Both the position numbers and the translations under genes were made by a program. Positions 10,020-18,246 of a DNA stretch of 35,753 nucleotides are shown here, one piece after another (position 1 is the stretch's first letter; the number at the start of each line of letters is the position of its first letter). The stretch comes from a virus (Duplodnaviria > Caudoviricetes): positions 1 through 35,753 of IMG/VR virus record IMGVR_UViG_3300017909_003568. One strand, given 5' to 3'. The notes beneath the pieces were generated by a model. That model made no database searches and was not told where the DNA came from. It saw only the letters and a list, made by a program, of their open reading frames with translations.

Positions 10020-10548
10020 GGTAAAATTAGATATAGATGTAGAAAATGCTATTAAAGAATTAGAAGATAATGCTATAAATACTACACTCAACAAAAATAT
10101 AGCACCTAAAGTAGCTAAAGAGTCTGCAAATTATATAAGGATGGGTAAAGTAGAGCCGAAATTAAGCCCTGTAACCATAGAACAAAGAAAAAAACATTTT
10201 AGTATCACAAAAGAAACACCATTATTAATGACAGGTAGGTTAGTAAAAGGTTTGAAAGGTACAGAAAAAGGTGTAGAAGCACCATCTGCTATTAGAGGTA
10301 AAGTGCCATATAGTCAACACAGAAAAGGTTACACATGGAAAAAGGATGATCTTCCTGAAAGTCCTCAATATAGAAAAATTATAGATAGAGATGTAAATGT
10401 GCCTTATAAACCAGGACCTGATGGACATAAAAGAGAATTTTTAATTACACATTTGCCATCAGAAAGTAAGAAAATGGATAATATTTACAAGGAATTTCAA
10501 AATAGTTTGGTTAAATTATTAGCGAATAGACTTGGAGGCAAAAAGTAA
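10000..10548 (+). CDS. Putative virion morphogenesis protein (Mu gpG/HK97 gp10-like)
   Basis: PKLSPVTIEQRKK...PLLMTGRL motif; follows the portal. Confidence 0.6.
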   Translation: MMKFKIKVKLDIDVENAIKELEDNAINTTLNKNIAPKVAKESANYIRMGKVEPKLSPVTIEQRKKHFSITKETPLLMTGRLVKGLKGTEKGVEAPSAIRGKVPYSQHRKGYTWKKDDLPESPQYRKIIDRDVNVPYKPGPDGHKREFLITHLPSESKKMDNIYKEFQNSLVKLLANRLGGKK

Positions 10549-10772
10549 TGTCAGAAGAAGAAAAAATAGAAATCCTACTTAAAAATATAATCAATATGCA
10601 CGAAAAGCTAAACATACTGATAGAGTATATGGCAAAAGACATGACAGAAGAACAATACGAAAGACAATTTTACAAAGAAGAAGATGCTTTAGTAGAGATA
10701 GAAAAAGATACCTATCAACAAATGTGCGATTTAATGGAAAGTAATACAATACCCTTTATGGGAATAGCTTAA
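10548..10772 (+). CDS. Hypothetical acidic protein
   Basis: Coupled ORF (TAATG), 74 aa. Confidence 0.6.
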   Translation: MSEEEKIEILLKNIINMHEKLNILIEYMAKDMTEEQYERQFYKEEDALVEIEKDTYQQMCDLMESNTIPFMGIA

Positions 10773-10781
10773 TGGAGAATA

Positions 10782-11090
10782 ATGGATTTTATCACAATAT
10801 TGGAACAGTTTGGAATACCTGTGGCGATGACAATAGCATTCGGATTCTTTATATGGAAACAAAACCGATTCATACAAGAAACTCTAATGACCGAGTTAGA
10901 CCAAGACTTCAAGAGGTTGGAAGGTATTATTATTAAGCTGATAGATCAGCAAAAAAAAGTACAAATGGAACAAAAGAAACTAAATGGAATATTTAAAGCT
11001 CAAGTAGAAATCATCGCTAGATTGTCTGGAAATGGTTTGAAAGACAAATTCCTAAGAATGATGGAAAAGGGAGGGATGCACGATGATTGA
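10782..11090 (+). CDS. Holin-like membrane protein (BhlA/UviB-like)
   Basis: GGAG SD; one N-terminal TM segment (FGIPVAMTIAFGFFIW) followed by a coiled coil. Confidence 0.5.
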   Translation: MDFITILEQFGIPVAMTIAFGFFIWKQNRFIQETLMTELDQDFKRLEGIIIKLIDQQKKVQMEQKKLNGIFKAQVEIIARLSGNGLKDKFLRMMEKGGMHDD

Positions 11091-11334
11091 TAAAAAGATT
11101 TCAGTTGGATCAATACTTACCATAATAACTGCTGCAACTACTGTGGTATATATGCATGGTGCTAACATAGCAAAAATAGACAATATACAAGAAGAACAAG
11201 TCAAAACAGTAAATAGAATCAATAAAAACGAAGAAGAAATCGTTAATTTAAAGGTTGGTGTTGCTAAAATAGAAGCAAAACTTGATGATAGATTTAATCG
11301 TATTGAAGATTTATTGTTTGAACTTAGTGATTAG
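11083..11334 (+). CDS. Single-TM coiled-coil protein
   Basis: ISVGSILTIITAATTVVYM followed by heptad repeats. Confidence 0.5.
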   Translation: MIDKKISVGSILTIITAATTVVYMHGANIAKIDNIQEEQVKTVNRINKNEEEIVNLKVGVAKIEAKLDDRFNRIEDLLFELSD

Positions 11335-11965
11335 CTTCTGCCTCAACTATAGACTCTTCCCACTCTTTTCGTTGTAGTTTAGTAGGTCGTTTAGCCTTTA
11401 ATGGCTCTATACCTACCTTCTCTGCCCTCTTCTTCCATTGATACCAGATCTTACGCTTCTCATTACGAGTTAACTTCTTCATCTCTTTCTTTATAACCTT
11501 ATTAACATGAATCTTATCTTGAGTATCGCTTATCTTAGGTTTTCTAGGTGGTAACTCCCTATCAATGGGGGCATCTACAAAAACTTCTGTAATCTCTGCA
11601 TCAACTACCTCTGCATCATCTACCTTTTTTAAAAACTTCTCAAAAGGACTATCTATTGTGACATTAACTTGTTTCTGGTACTTACCAAGTGCCTCAAATA
11701 CAAACTTAGCTGCATTTACACTACCTTCTTTGGCTTCCCTGATCATACTCTTCATAATACTTGGTAGTTCCCCTACTACAAGCTCCTCGTACCTTTCGTA
11801 TATCTTAGCGTTAAATTCTGCATCTTGTTTCCATTTGTATACACACGCTAAACTAACCTCTAGTTTTTCAGCCACATCTTTAGCCTTAATGCCAGGATTA
11901 TTGGCATATAGCTCTAATGCCATTGTTTTCTTCTTATTCTTCGTAATTTGGGCAATATTGCTCAT
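11324..11965 (-). CDS. terS: Probable terminase small subunit (N-terminal HTH)
   Basis: HTH AKDVAEKLEVSLACVYKWKQDAEF, then REAKEGSVNAAKFVFEALG oligomerisation helix; start at 11965 inferred. Confidence 0.7.
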   Translation of the reverse strand: MSNIAQITKNKKKTMALELYANNPGIKAKDVAEKLEVSLACVYKWKQDAEFNAKIYERYEELVVGELPSIMKSMIREAKEGSVNAAKFVFEALGKYQKQVNVTIDSPFEKFLKKVDDAEVVDAEITEVFVDAPIDRELPPRKPKISDTQDKIHVNKVIKKEMKKLTRNEKRKIWYQWKKRAEKVGIEPLKAKRPTKLQRKEWEESIVEAEANH

Positions 11966-12437
11966 AATATAATATAAGCCCTGTTTGGTACTTAAAAATA
12001 GTTTTTTTTGCAAATGGGGATCTGGTACTTCTTGTTTGTACTTTTTGTGGAAGGTGATCTGACATTGTATATTGCGATTCTATCCTCCTAACACCCATTA
12101 AAATTGATTCATTCGCTTTATGCTTTCAATATATGGTGTAGTACTTTAGAAAATTATTATAAGAGAATGGAAAGGGCTTTTAACCTATTTATTTATTGAT
12201 AAAATTTCTACTTATTTTTAATAGCTTTTTTTTTGTGGTTGTTTATTGGTTTATTTATTGTATGTGTATATATATGTATTTGTATTGGCTCGGCTTTGGA
12301 TCCGCTCAAATGATATGCAGCCTGGCTTGAATAATTTGTCAATAATTCTTTAGGTATTCTCCTTAGAATTTAATATATTATTTAGAGGACTTTGTGGTCT
12401 TTTTAATAGTTACTAAATAAATATAAGGATGTTAAAA

Positions 12438-12584
12438 ATGAGAAATAAAAATAATGAAATAAAATACATATTAAATATATACTATAAGTCTATGGTTCAT
12501 ATATTCGGAATCACTGCTACAATTACTTTGTTGTGTTTGGCTTTTAGATTAATTAATTGGTTGTTAGTTGGGGGGGCTTTTTAA
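12438..12584 (+). CDS. First early gene: 48-aa membrane peptide; not in the ORF track
   Basis: AAGGA SD; MRNKNNEIKYILNIYYKSMVHIFGITATITLLCLAFRLINWLLVGGAF. Confidence 0.55.
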   Translation: MRNKNNEIKYILNIYYKSMVHIFGITATITLLCLAFRLINWLLVGGAF

Positions 12585-12585
12585 G

Positions 12586-12897
12586 ATGGTTAATTTAAAT
12601 AAATATATAAAGAATAATCCAAGTAATGGAAAATTAGAAAAAGTTAAATTCCAATTTGATTCTGAAGAAATATTTGATGGTTTTTCTGATGGTTCAACTT
12701 GGAATGGTTTCGATAACATATACATTAATGATGAAGTTTTTCAAATGGTTCTAGATTGTTGGGCTACTGAAGAAAATAAAGATATATATCAAATTATTAA
12801 TGATGTGTTTTTTGAGTGTGAAGCAGATTTACCATTTGATGAAAAATTAAACTTATTTGATTTAAATGGAATGGTTACATTTATATATAAAAACTAG
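12586..12897 (+). CDS. Hypothetical acidic early protein
   Basis: ORF with TWNGFDN motif; ATG 12586 follows the upstream stop. Confidence 0.65.
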   Translation: MVNLNKYIKNNPSNGKLEKVKFQFDSEEIFDGFSDGSTWNGFDNIYINDEVFQMVLDCWATEENKDIYQIINDVFFECEADLPFDEKLNLFDLNGMVTFIYKN

Positions 12898-12961
12898 TAC
12901 TGATGAGATTTTAAAAATCGAAAGCCATCAAAAAAGGAGGTTTAAAGATGGCTCTGCTAGT
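12893..12961 (+). ncRNA. Type I hammerhead ribozyme
   Basis: Stem I ACUAGUA/UGCUAGU; core CUGAUGA 12900-12906; stem II GAUU/AAUC; GAAA 12920-12923; stem III GCCAUC/GAUGGC; CUC cleavage triplet ending at C12954. Confidence 0.92.
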
Positions 12962-12968
12962 AAACTAA
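12948..12968 (+). other. Mini-ORF MALLVN inside the ribozyme, crossing the cleavage site
   Basis: AGGAGG at 12935-12940 in loop III, 7 nt before ATG GCT CTG CTA GTA AAC TAA. Confidence 0.4.
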
Positions 12969-12985
12969 AAAATAAGGAATAAAAA

Positions 12986-13777
12986 ATGAATAACGTAAAA
13001 TTACTTTCAAATGGTGAAACCAACTACAAAATAAGTAAGAATAAAAAATTGGGCTATTTAACATATAGTTTAAATTTTGCTCATAGTGATTTAAGTGGGT
13101 TTAATGTTTGCCCAATGGCTCAGAGATTAGGATCCGCAAAGCCAAATAAAAAATTAAGTTCTTGCTCTTCTGTATGTGTTGGTGCTAATGGTTTCGCTTC
13201 AATACATCCATCAGTTTTAGAATCTAGAATAAATAAAACTCAAGCTTTCAAATTAGATACTAAAAATTTCATGTTAAAATTAGTTTCTGAAGTTGAAAAC
13301 GCAATAAAACTTGCTAAGAAAAAAAATTTAAAACCTACTTTTCGATTAAATGCTTACTCTGATATACTTTGGGAAAATGTAAATTCAATAGATCAGAATC
13401 AAAAAATGAATATTTTCGAGATGTTTCCAAATGTTACTTGGTACGATTATACAAAAATACATAATAGAAAAGTTCCAAAAAACTATCAATTAACTTTTTC
13501 ACATTATGGAAATTTTGATAAAACTTCTGAAGCCCTTGAAAATGGCTTCAACTCTGCTATTGTTTTTGAAGAGTTACCAAGTAAAATAAAAATCAATAAT
13601 AAAATATATTCTGTAATTGATGGAGATAAAACAGATTTAAGAATCGATGAAAAGATAAATAATAAATCGGTTGTAGTTGGTTTAAAATTCAAAGGCTCTA
13701 AAGCAAAGTTAAAAAATGCTTTATTAGATGGCTTTTGTATTAGTAAAAATAATAAATCTTTAATTTGGGAGGTGTAA
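12986..13777 (+). CDS. Gp88-like protein (radical-SAM-like Cys motif)
   Basis: NVCPMA...CSSVC, RLNAYSD, WYDYTK, YQLTFS, IDGDKTDLR, VVGLKFKG. Confidence 0.75.
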   Translation: MNNVKLLSNGETNYKISKNKKLGYLTYSLNFAHSDLSGFNVCPMAQRLGSAKPNKKLSSCSSVCVGANGFASIHPSVLESRINKTQAFKLDTKNFMLKLVSEVENAIKLAKKKNLKPTFRLNAYSDILWENVNSIDQNQKMNIFEMFPNVTWYDYTKIHNRKVPKNYQLTFSHYGNFDKTSEALENGFNSAIVFEELPSKIKINNKIYSVIDGDKTDLRIDEKINNKSVVVGLKFKGSKAKLKNALLDGFCISKNNKSLIWEV

Positions 13778-13779
13778 AA

Positions 13780-13917
13780 ATGATTTGTTGTGATTTATGT
13801 AATAAAGAAGAGTTTGAAAGTTCAATACATTTTGATGAGTCTTTAGAAATTTGGCTTTGTTTGGTTTGTGTTGACTTATATTCAGATGAAGAATTAAAAG
13901 AAATAATGGAGGTTTAA
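13780..13917 (+). CDS. 45-aa zinc-finger protein; not in the ORF track
   Basis: GGAGG SD; CDLC...CLVC. Confidence 0.65.
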   Translation: MICCDLCNKEEFESSIHFDESLEIWLCLVCVDLYSDEELKEIMEV

Positions 13918-13919
13918 AA

Positions 13920-14123
13920 ATGAAATTTGAAAATAAAATTAAAAAAGTAATATTAAATAAATTAGAAGATGATATTATTTCTAATATAATTCATAATAAT
14001 ATGATGTTTGACGAAACAACAGAGGAACCAACTTTCGGTAAATCTGATAGAGTTAAAATTATAAACATGGATAGAACAATTAAAGAAATTATAGATTATA
14101 TTTATAATGAATTTAGTAACTAG
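13920..14123 (+). CDS. Hypothetical protein
   Basis: GGAGG SD, 67 aa. Confidence 0.65.
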   Translation: MKFENKIKKVILNKLEDDIISNIIHNNMMFDETTEEPTFGKSDRVKIINMDRTIKEIIDYIYNEFSN

Positions 14124-14132
14124 CCCAAAATT

Positions 14133-14168
14133 AGGGGGGTGTCTTGGTATGGATGCCCTCCTTTTTTT
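14133..14168 (+). terminator. Rho-independent terminator
   Basis: GGGGGGTGTC/GATGCCCTCC stem (with G-U pairs) followed by T7. Confidence 0.8.
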
Positions 14169-14260
14169 GTGTGTTTGGTTATATTTTGGGGCAAAAATTT
14201 TTTAGATCCGCAGCAAAATTATAAAAATGAATAATAATAATAATAAAGGGAGTTATAATA

Positions 14261-14509
14261 ATGAATAATAAAACTATATATGTTGGGCAAATTCCAGAAA
14301 TTAATAAAGGTTATGGAGTTTCAGTTTTTGCTAACACTAAAAATAATTGCATAAAAAAATTAAAAAAAGCATTTTATGAAATTAGAAAGAACAGAAAATA
14401 TAGTAATCTTGATGAATTTTATACTTTTAAAGGTGCTTTAGATTATTTTGGTGGAAGTGTATTTCAAGTTGATTTTGACAAAACTTATAATTATAACATA
14501 GGAGAATAA
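14261..14509 (+). CDS. Hypothetical protein
   Basis: GGGAG SD, 82 aa. Confidence 0.65.
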   Translation: MNNKTIYVGQIPEINKGYGVSVFANTKNNCIKKLKKAFYEIRKNRKYSNLDEFYTFKGALDYFGGSVFQVDFDKTYNYNIGE

Positions 14510-14510
14510 A

Positions 14511-15251
14511 ATGGATAAGATGATTAAAAAAATAGCCACTAAAATTTCTGAACTAGAATTTTATGATGGTATATTAACAGAAATAAATCATAATTGTGAT
14601 GTTGAAGAGGGCGAAGGTCTGTATTTTAATGGGCTTCGTATAAGTGAAAACATTATATTAGTTAAAGAAGTTTATGATGATGGTAAAACTTATAACACTG
14701 AATATTTTTCATACAACATAAAAAATGACACATTAAAAAAAGTGATTGATGAAGTAGATGATAAATTAAGAGAAATTTTTGAAGATGAAGATTTACTTGA
14801 TTATGCAAACTGCTTTTTTATATGTGGTGTTGAACCTACAAAAGAAAAATATGCACAATTTATTTATGGTGATTATGATGATACTATTGTTGATCTGGGC
14901 ATCTGCTTAGAAAAAGATGGTATTGAAAAAATAATATGGGACTTAAATCAATGTTCTGAATTGATTGATTCTGACATTTATAATGTTGACCACGATTATT
15001 TAAATGAAGACATCAATATAAGTTGTGACAAAGCAGTTAAAATTCTAATCGCAGCCAAATCACTATTAAAATCTATAGATGAAAATCGTTGGGACTTATG
15101 GGAAAATGATATTGAGAATAAACACGAATGTATTTTATGGTATGATGCTTACTATCAAACATATGAAGATAAAAATGGTAATTGGGAAACTGAATATAAA
15201 AATGGTATTTCAGATTCTTATAATAAACTTAAAAAACTAATAGAGGAGTAA
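14511..15251 (+). CDS. Hypothetical acidic protein (246 aa)
   Basis: AGGAG SD; very D/E-rich. Confidence 0.7.
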   Translation: MDKMIKKIATKISELEFYDGILTEINHNCDVEEGEGLYFNGLRISENIILVKEVYDDGKTYNTEYFSYNIKNDTLKKVIDEVDDKLREIFEDEDLLDYANCFFICGVEPTKEKYAQFIYGDYDDTIVDLGICLEKDGIEKIIWDLNQCSELIDSDIYNVDHDYLNEDINISCDKAVKILIAAKSLLKSIDENRWDLWENDIENKHECILWYDAYYQTYEDKNGNWETEYKNGISDSYNKLKKLIEE

Positions 15252-15255
15252 AAAA

Positions 15256-15582
15256 ATGAAATGTTTAAAACAAGGTTGTAATGGAGATTTGTCAGATGAT
15301 ATGTATACTGATGGAATTGAATGGGAGCAGTATTCTTGTGATGAGTGTGGAGCTTTGCATGAAGTTCCAATTACTCGTAACGATGATGGTTTTGATGAGG
15401 TTGATATTGATAGACATTGGGATGATCTGGAAATAATTGATGAAGATGAAGAAGATGGAGAGTGTTGTAATAATTGTGGCGAAACTGCTACAATAGAATT
15501 AAATGGATGGTGTCCATCATTATGGGTTTGTGATGATGCAGAATGTGCAAAACAAATATTAATAAATGAGATGGGAGAATAA
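15256..15582 (+). CDS. Highly acidic protein with two zinc-ribbon motifs
   Basis: GAGGAG SD; CLKQGC/CDEC and CNNC/CDDAEC. Confidence 0.7.
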   Translation: MKCLKQGCNGDLSDDMYTDGIEWEQYSCDECGALHEVPITRNDDGFDEVDIDRHWDDLEIIDEDEEDGECCNNCGETATIELNGWCPSLWVCDDAECAKQILINEMGE

Positions 15583-15583
15583 A

Positions 15584-16048
15584 ATGAATAAAATTTATGC
15601 TACAAAAATAGATGATATTATAAAAGCAAAGAAATTTATAATAAATCTACATTATAATAATAAGACTTTCCACTTTGAAGATCCGCCATCAGACATTATA
15701 AATGGCGATGGAAGTCTTTTATTCACACCAGGCGAAGCCTTAAATCTAGAAGATCGAATTGATGAACTATATAATTATAAATTAAATTGGAGAAGTGTTG
15801 AATGTCCAATTGGTTATTCACTTATGATTCATAAATTAGTTGGCGAACTTGATGTTGATGAAAATGAAGATTGGTTTATGGGTGTAGATCTGGAAGATGA
15901 ACTAAAACAAATTAACGAAATTTTATATGATTATGTTAATGATGATAGAATTAGTCGTGACGAATTTAAATATGTAGAATATTTGTATGGATTATTACAT
16001 AAAGAATGGAAAGGAGTGAAAAGTGAAAAAATCAGACAAAAATCATAA
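15584..16048 (+). CDS. Hypothetical protein
   Basis: GGGAG SD before ATG 15584; FHFEDPPSDI motif. Confidence 0.65.
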   Translation: MNKIYATKIDDIIKAKKFIINLHYNNKTFHFEDPPSDIINGDGSLLFTPGEALNLEDRIDELYNYKLNWRSVECPIGYSLMIHKLVGELDVDENEDWFMGVDLEDELKQINEILYDYVNDDRISRDEFKYVEYLYGLLHKEWKGVKSEKIRQKS

Positions 16049-16181
16049 TTATTTAAATCTTTATTCAGAAGATTTCGCAGATTCAAAAGTTTGGATAGAA
16101 GTTTGTGATTCTTTAGGTGTAGATTATAATAAAGCAGATAAAGTTACTATATCTTATAATAAAGTTATAGTTAATAAATAA
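16023..16181 (+). CDS. 52-aa hypothetical protein; not in the ORF track
   Basis: AAGGAG SD, GTG start, KKSDKNHNYLNLYSEDFADSKVW... Confidence 0.55.
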   Translation: MKKSDKNHNYLNLYSEDFADSKVWIEVCDSLGVDYNKADKVTISYNKVIVNK

Positions 16182-16223
16182 TGTTAATAACTTATAATAT
16201 GACCTATGATGAATTTTCAGAAT

Positions 16224-16380
16224 GCAAGAATCCTATAGCCCCAGATCTAAAAAAAATCTTGGGGTTGATTCTCGCTATGACCTACGAAGTTACTTCCGTC
16301 ATACAAGTATGGATTATTTCTTAATGGTGGGACAATCCAATTTCAATCCTATCCCTGTGCCTTTACCAAGCCCTTCTAGT
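16224..16380 (-). ncRNA. Candidate structured antisense RNA or origin element
   Basis: Three adjacent stem-loops; mismatches in two of them are G-U pairs on the minus strand; minus-strand TATAAT at 16387-16392. Confidence 0.35.
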
Positions 16381-16592
16381 AAGCATATTATAAATTTGAC
16401 CCTAGAAGTCTATAAAACCAACCAATCAAATTCGGAATGTAATATAAATCGGATTATATATTATATCAAAGCATTAATTTTTGGCTTGGTTATAAAATTT
16501 GGTATAATTATATTATAATTATGATTTATGAAAGATTATTTGCAAAAGTCCTCAACAATATATTATATTCTTTTAAATTTAAGGAGAAAAAA

Positions 16593-16820
16593 TTGCAAAA
16601 ATACAAAAATACATTAAAAGATCAAATTTCTAAAGAGGGTAGAACAGGTAAATGGTGTGCAGCTAAATTAAATGTGCATGAAACTGAATTTTCTAGGTGG
16701 GTTAGCGGATCTAGAAAGCCTAATAGCAAACAACTGACTTTATTATGTAAAATACTAGGCACATCTAGACAAACTTTATATCCGAATGGAATATATCAAA
16801 AAAGATTCAAAATACAATAA
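16593..16820 (+). CDS. XRE/Cro-family HTH regulator (75 aa)
   Basis: AAGGAG SD before TTG 16593; GKWCAAKLNVHETEFSRWVSGSRKP. Confidence 0.8.
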   Translation: MQKYKNTLKDQISKEGRTGKWCAAKLNVHETEFSRWVSGSRKPNSKQLTLLCKILGTSRQTLYPNGIYQKRFKIQ

Positions 16821-16831
16821 GGGAGTAAAAA

Positions 16832-17431
16832 ATGAGAATAAAACAAATTCAAGAAGCTTATAATTTAACAAAACAAGATTTCTGGCAACATCCACAATCT
16901 GGAAAGTATGTATTATTACATAGTGCAGTTCAAAAGATTGCTATAAAAGAAAATATAGAATTAGTAAAGTATGATACTTTAAACTCTGAACATGATCTGG
17001 TTAGGTTTGTTATGACCCTAAAAATGGGCGATAAAACTATAACTGATATAGGTGAAGCAGATACTAAAAATTGTAGGATGGGTTATTTAGGTTGTATGAG
17101 CTGGAAACGTGGATTTGATAGATGTGTATTACAACTTATCAATGGTTATCAATATGGTATAGTGTCTGAAGAAGAAGCAGATGACTGGAAGTATCAATAC
17201 CAGGCTCCAACAGATGAAATGAAAACTGTGTTTACAGAATTATTAAAATCTAAAGCATTTGATGGAGGTAGACTTAAAATTAAAAACAAATGGAAAACAT
17301 TGACTAACAACTACTTGCAAAAAGAAGCATTAGAAAAAATGCAAGAGGAAGTGGATCAGTTTAATGAGATTAATCAAGTTAATGATGATTCTGATTCAAA
17401 AATATCTGCTGTAGCTAGTGAGGATAAATAA
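16832..17431 (+). CDS. Putative ssDNA-annealing recombinase (Rad52/Sak-like superfamily)
   Basis: IGEA...MSWKRGFDRCVLQL...GIVSEEEADDW; position in the recombination module. Confidence 0.5.
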   Translation: MRIKQIQEAYNLTKQDFWQHPQSGKYVLLHSAVQKIAIKENIELVKYDTLNSEHDLVRFVMTLKMGDKTITDIGEADTKNCRMGYLGCMSWKRGFDRCVLQLINGYQYGIVSEEEADDWKYQYQAPTDEMKTVFTELLKSKAFDGGRLKIKNKWKTLTNNYLQKEALEKMQEEVDQFNEINQVNDDSDSKISAVASEDK

Positions 17432-17817
17432 TGGCTACTTGGGTATATAATCAAAATGAAATGGAATATGTAAAGGTTGATGCTAATAATAATATAATTA
17501 GAGAATACTATGAAAATGGAGTTTTATATAAATACTTTAAATATTATGGGTATCAACCATCTACATTCAAAGAATGCTCAACACCACAAGAGCAACTAGA
17601 ATATTGCAAATCAGTAAAATGCCCTAATTGTAATCATTGTGTATGGGCAGAGAATATGCATTTAACACCTAAAAACAAGCCAAAAAAACAAAAATTAATA
17701 CAAACTGAAGAAGTTATAAGTAAGTTTGATAATTTGGCTAAAAACGTGGTGAAAGTTAGTGAAGAATTTGATCATCCACTTTACCATGAAATCATAAGGG
17801 TATTCAAAAAGCAATGA
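17431..17817 (+). CDS. Hypothetical protein with a CPNC motif
   Basis: Coupled ORF, 128 aa. Confidence 0.6.
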   Translation: MATWVYNQNEMEYVKVDANNNIIREYYENGVLYKYFKYYGYQPSTFKECSTPQEQLEYCKSVKCPNCNHCVWAENMHLTPKNKPKKQKLIQTEEVISKFDNLAKNVVKVSEEFDHPLYHEIIRVFKKQ

Positions 17818-17975
17818 GGACTCCAGATCATAACAAAATGAGAAGAATTTTGTCTGATGGTGTAGAAAATGATGATTACACAAAATTAACAGATGAAGAG
17901 ATTCTTTACGAATTTGTGAAAACATATGGGAATGTAGTGCCTACTATAAAAATAAGGAATGAAAATGAAAGTTAA
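17814..17975 (+). CDS. 53-aa hypothetical protein; not in the ORF track
   Basis: ATGA coupling; MRTPDHNKMRRILSDG... Confidence 0.5.
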   Translation: MRTPDHNKMRRILSDGVENDDYTKLTDEEILYEFVKTYGNVVPTIKIRNENES

Positions 17976-18246
17976 AAACATAGAGCATGAATGCGAACTG
18001 TTCGCAAAAAAAATGATGGAATTAAATCCAAACGTAATGATAGAATTTAATGTGCATGATACAAATGAGATGGCTGCTGATCTGGAAACACCTGGAGATA
18101 GAATGGAAAATAAAATGGATAGAGCAGATTATATGCTTCTTTGGTATCAATGGATGACTTATAAATGTCCTACTGCACAAGAACAAAACAGATTTAACAA
18201 AATGAACAAGCAAGATCAATATCAATACTTAAAGGAGAATAAATGA
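17959..18246 (+). CDS. Hypothetical protein
   Basis: TAAGGA SD; start 17959 or 17965. Confidence 0.6.
   Translation: MKMKVKNIEHECELFAKKMMELNPNVMIEFNVHDTNEMAADLETPGDRMENKMDRADYMLLWYQWMTYKCPTAQEQNRFNKMNKQDQYQYLKENK

Noticed and set aside
7395-11334. Active invertible segment
   Set aside because: Only a 6-bp inverted match (TAAGTT) at the edges, no invertase, and overlapping convergent genes at one boundary
16222-16518. 98-aa plus-strand ORF
   Set aside because: No SD, atypical composition, overlaps stem-loops and promoter-like sequence; probably spurious
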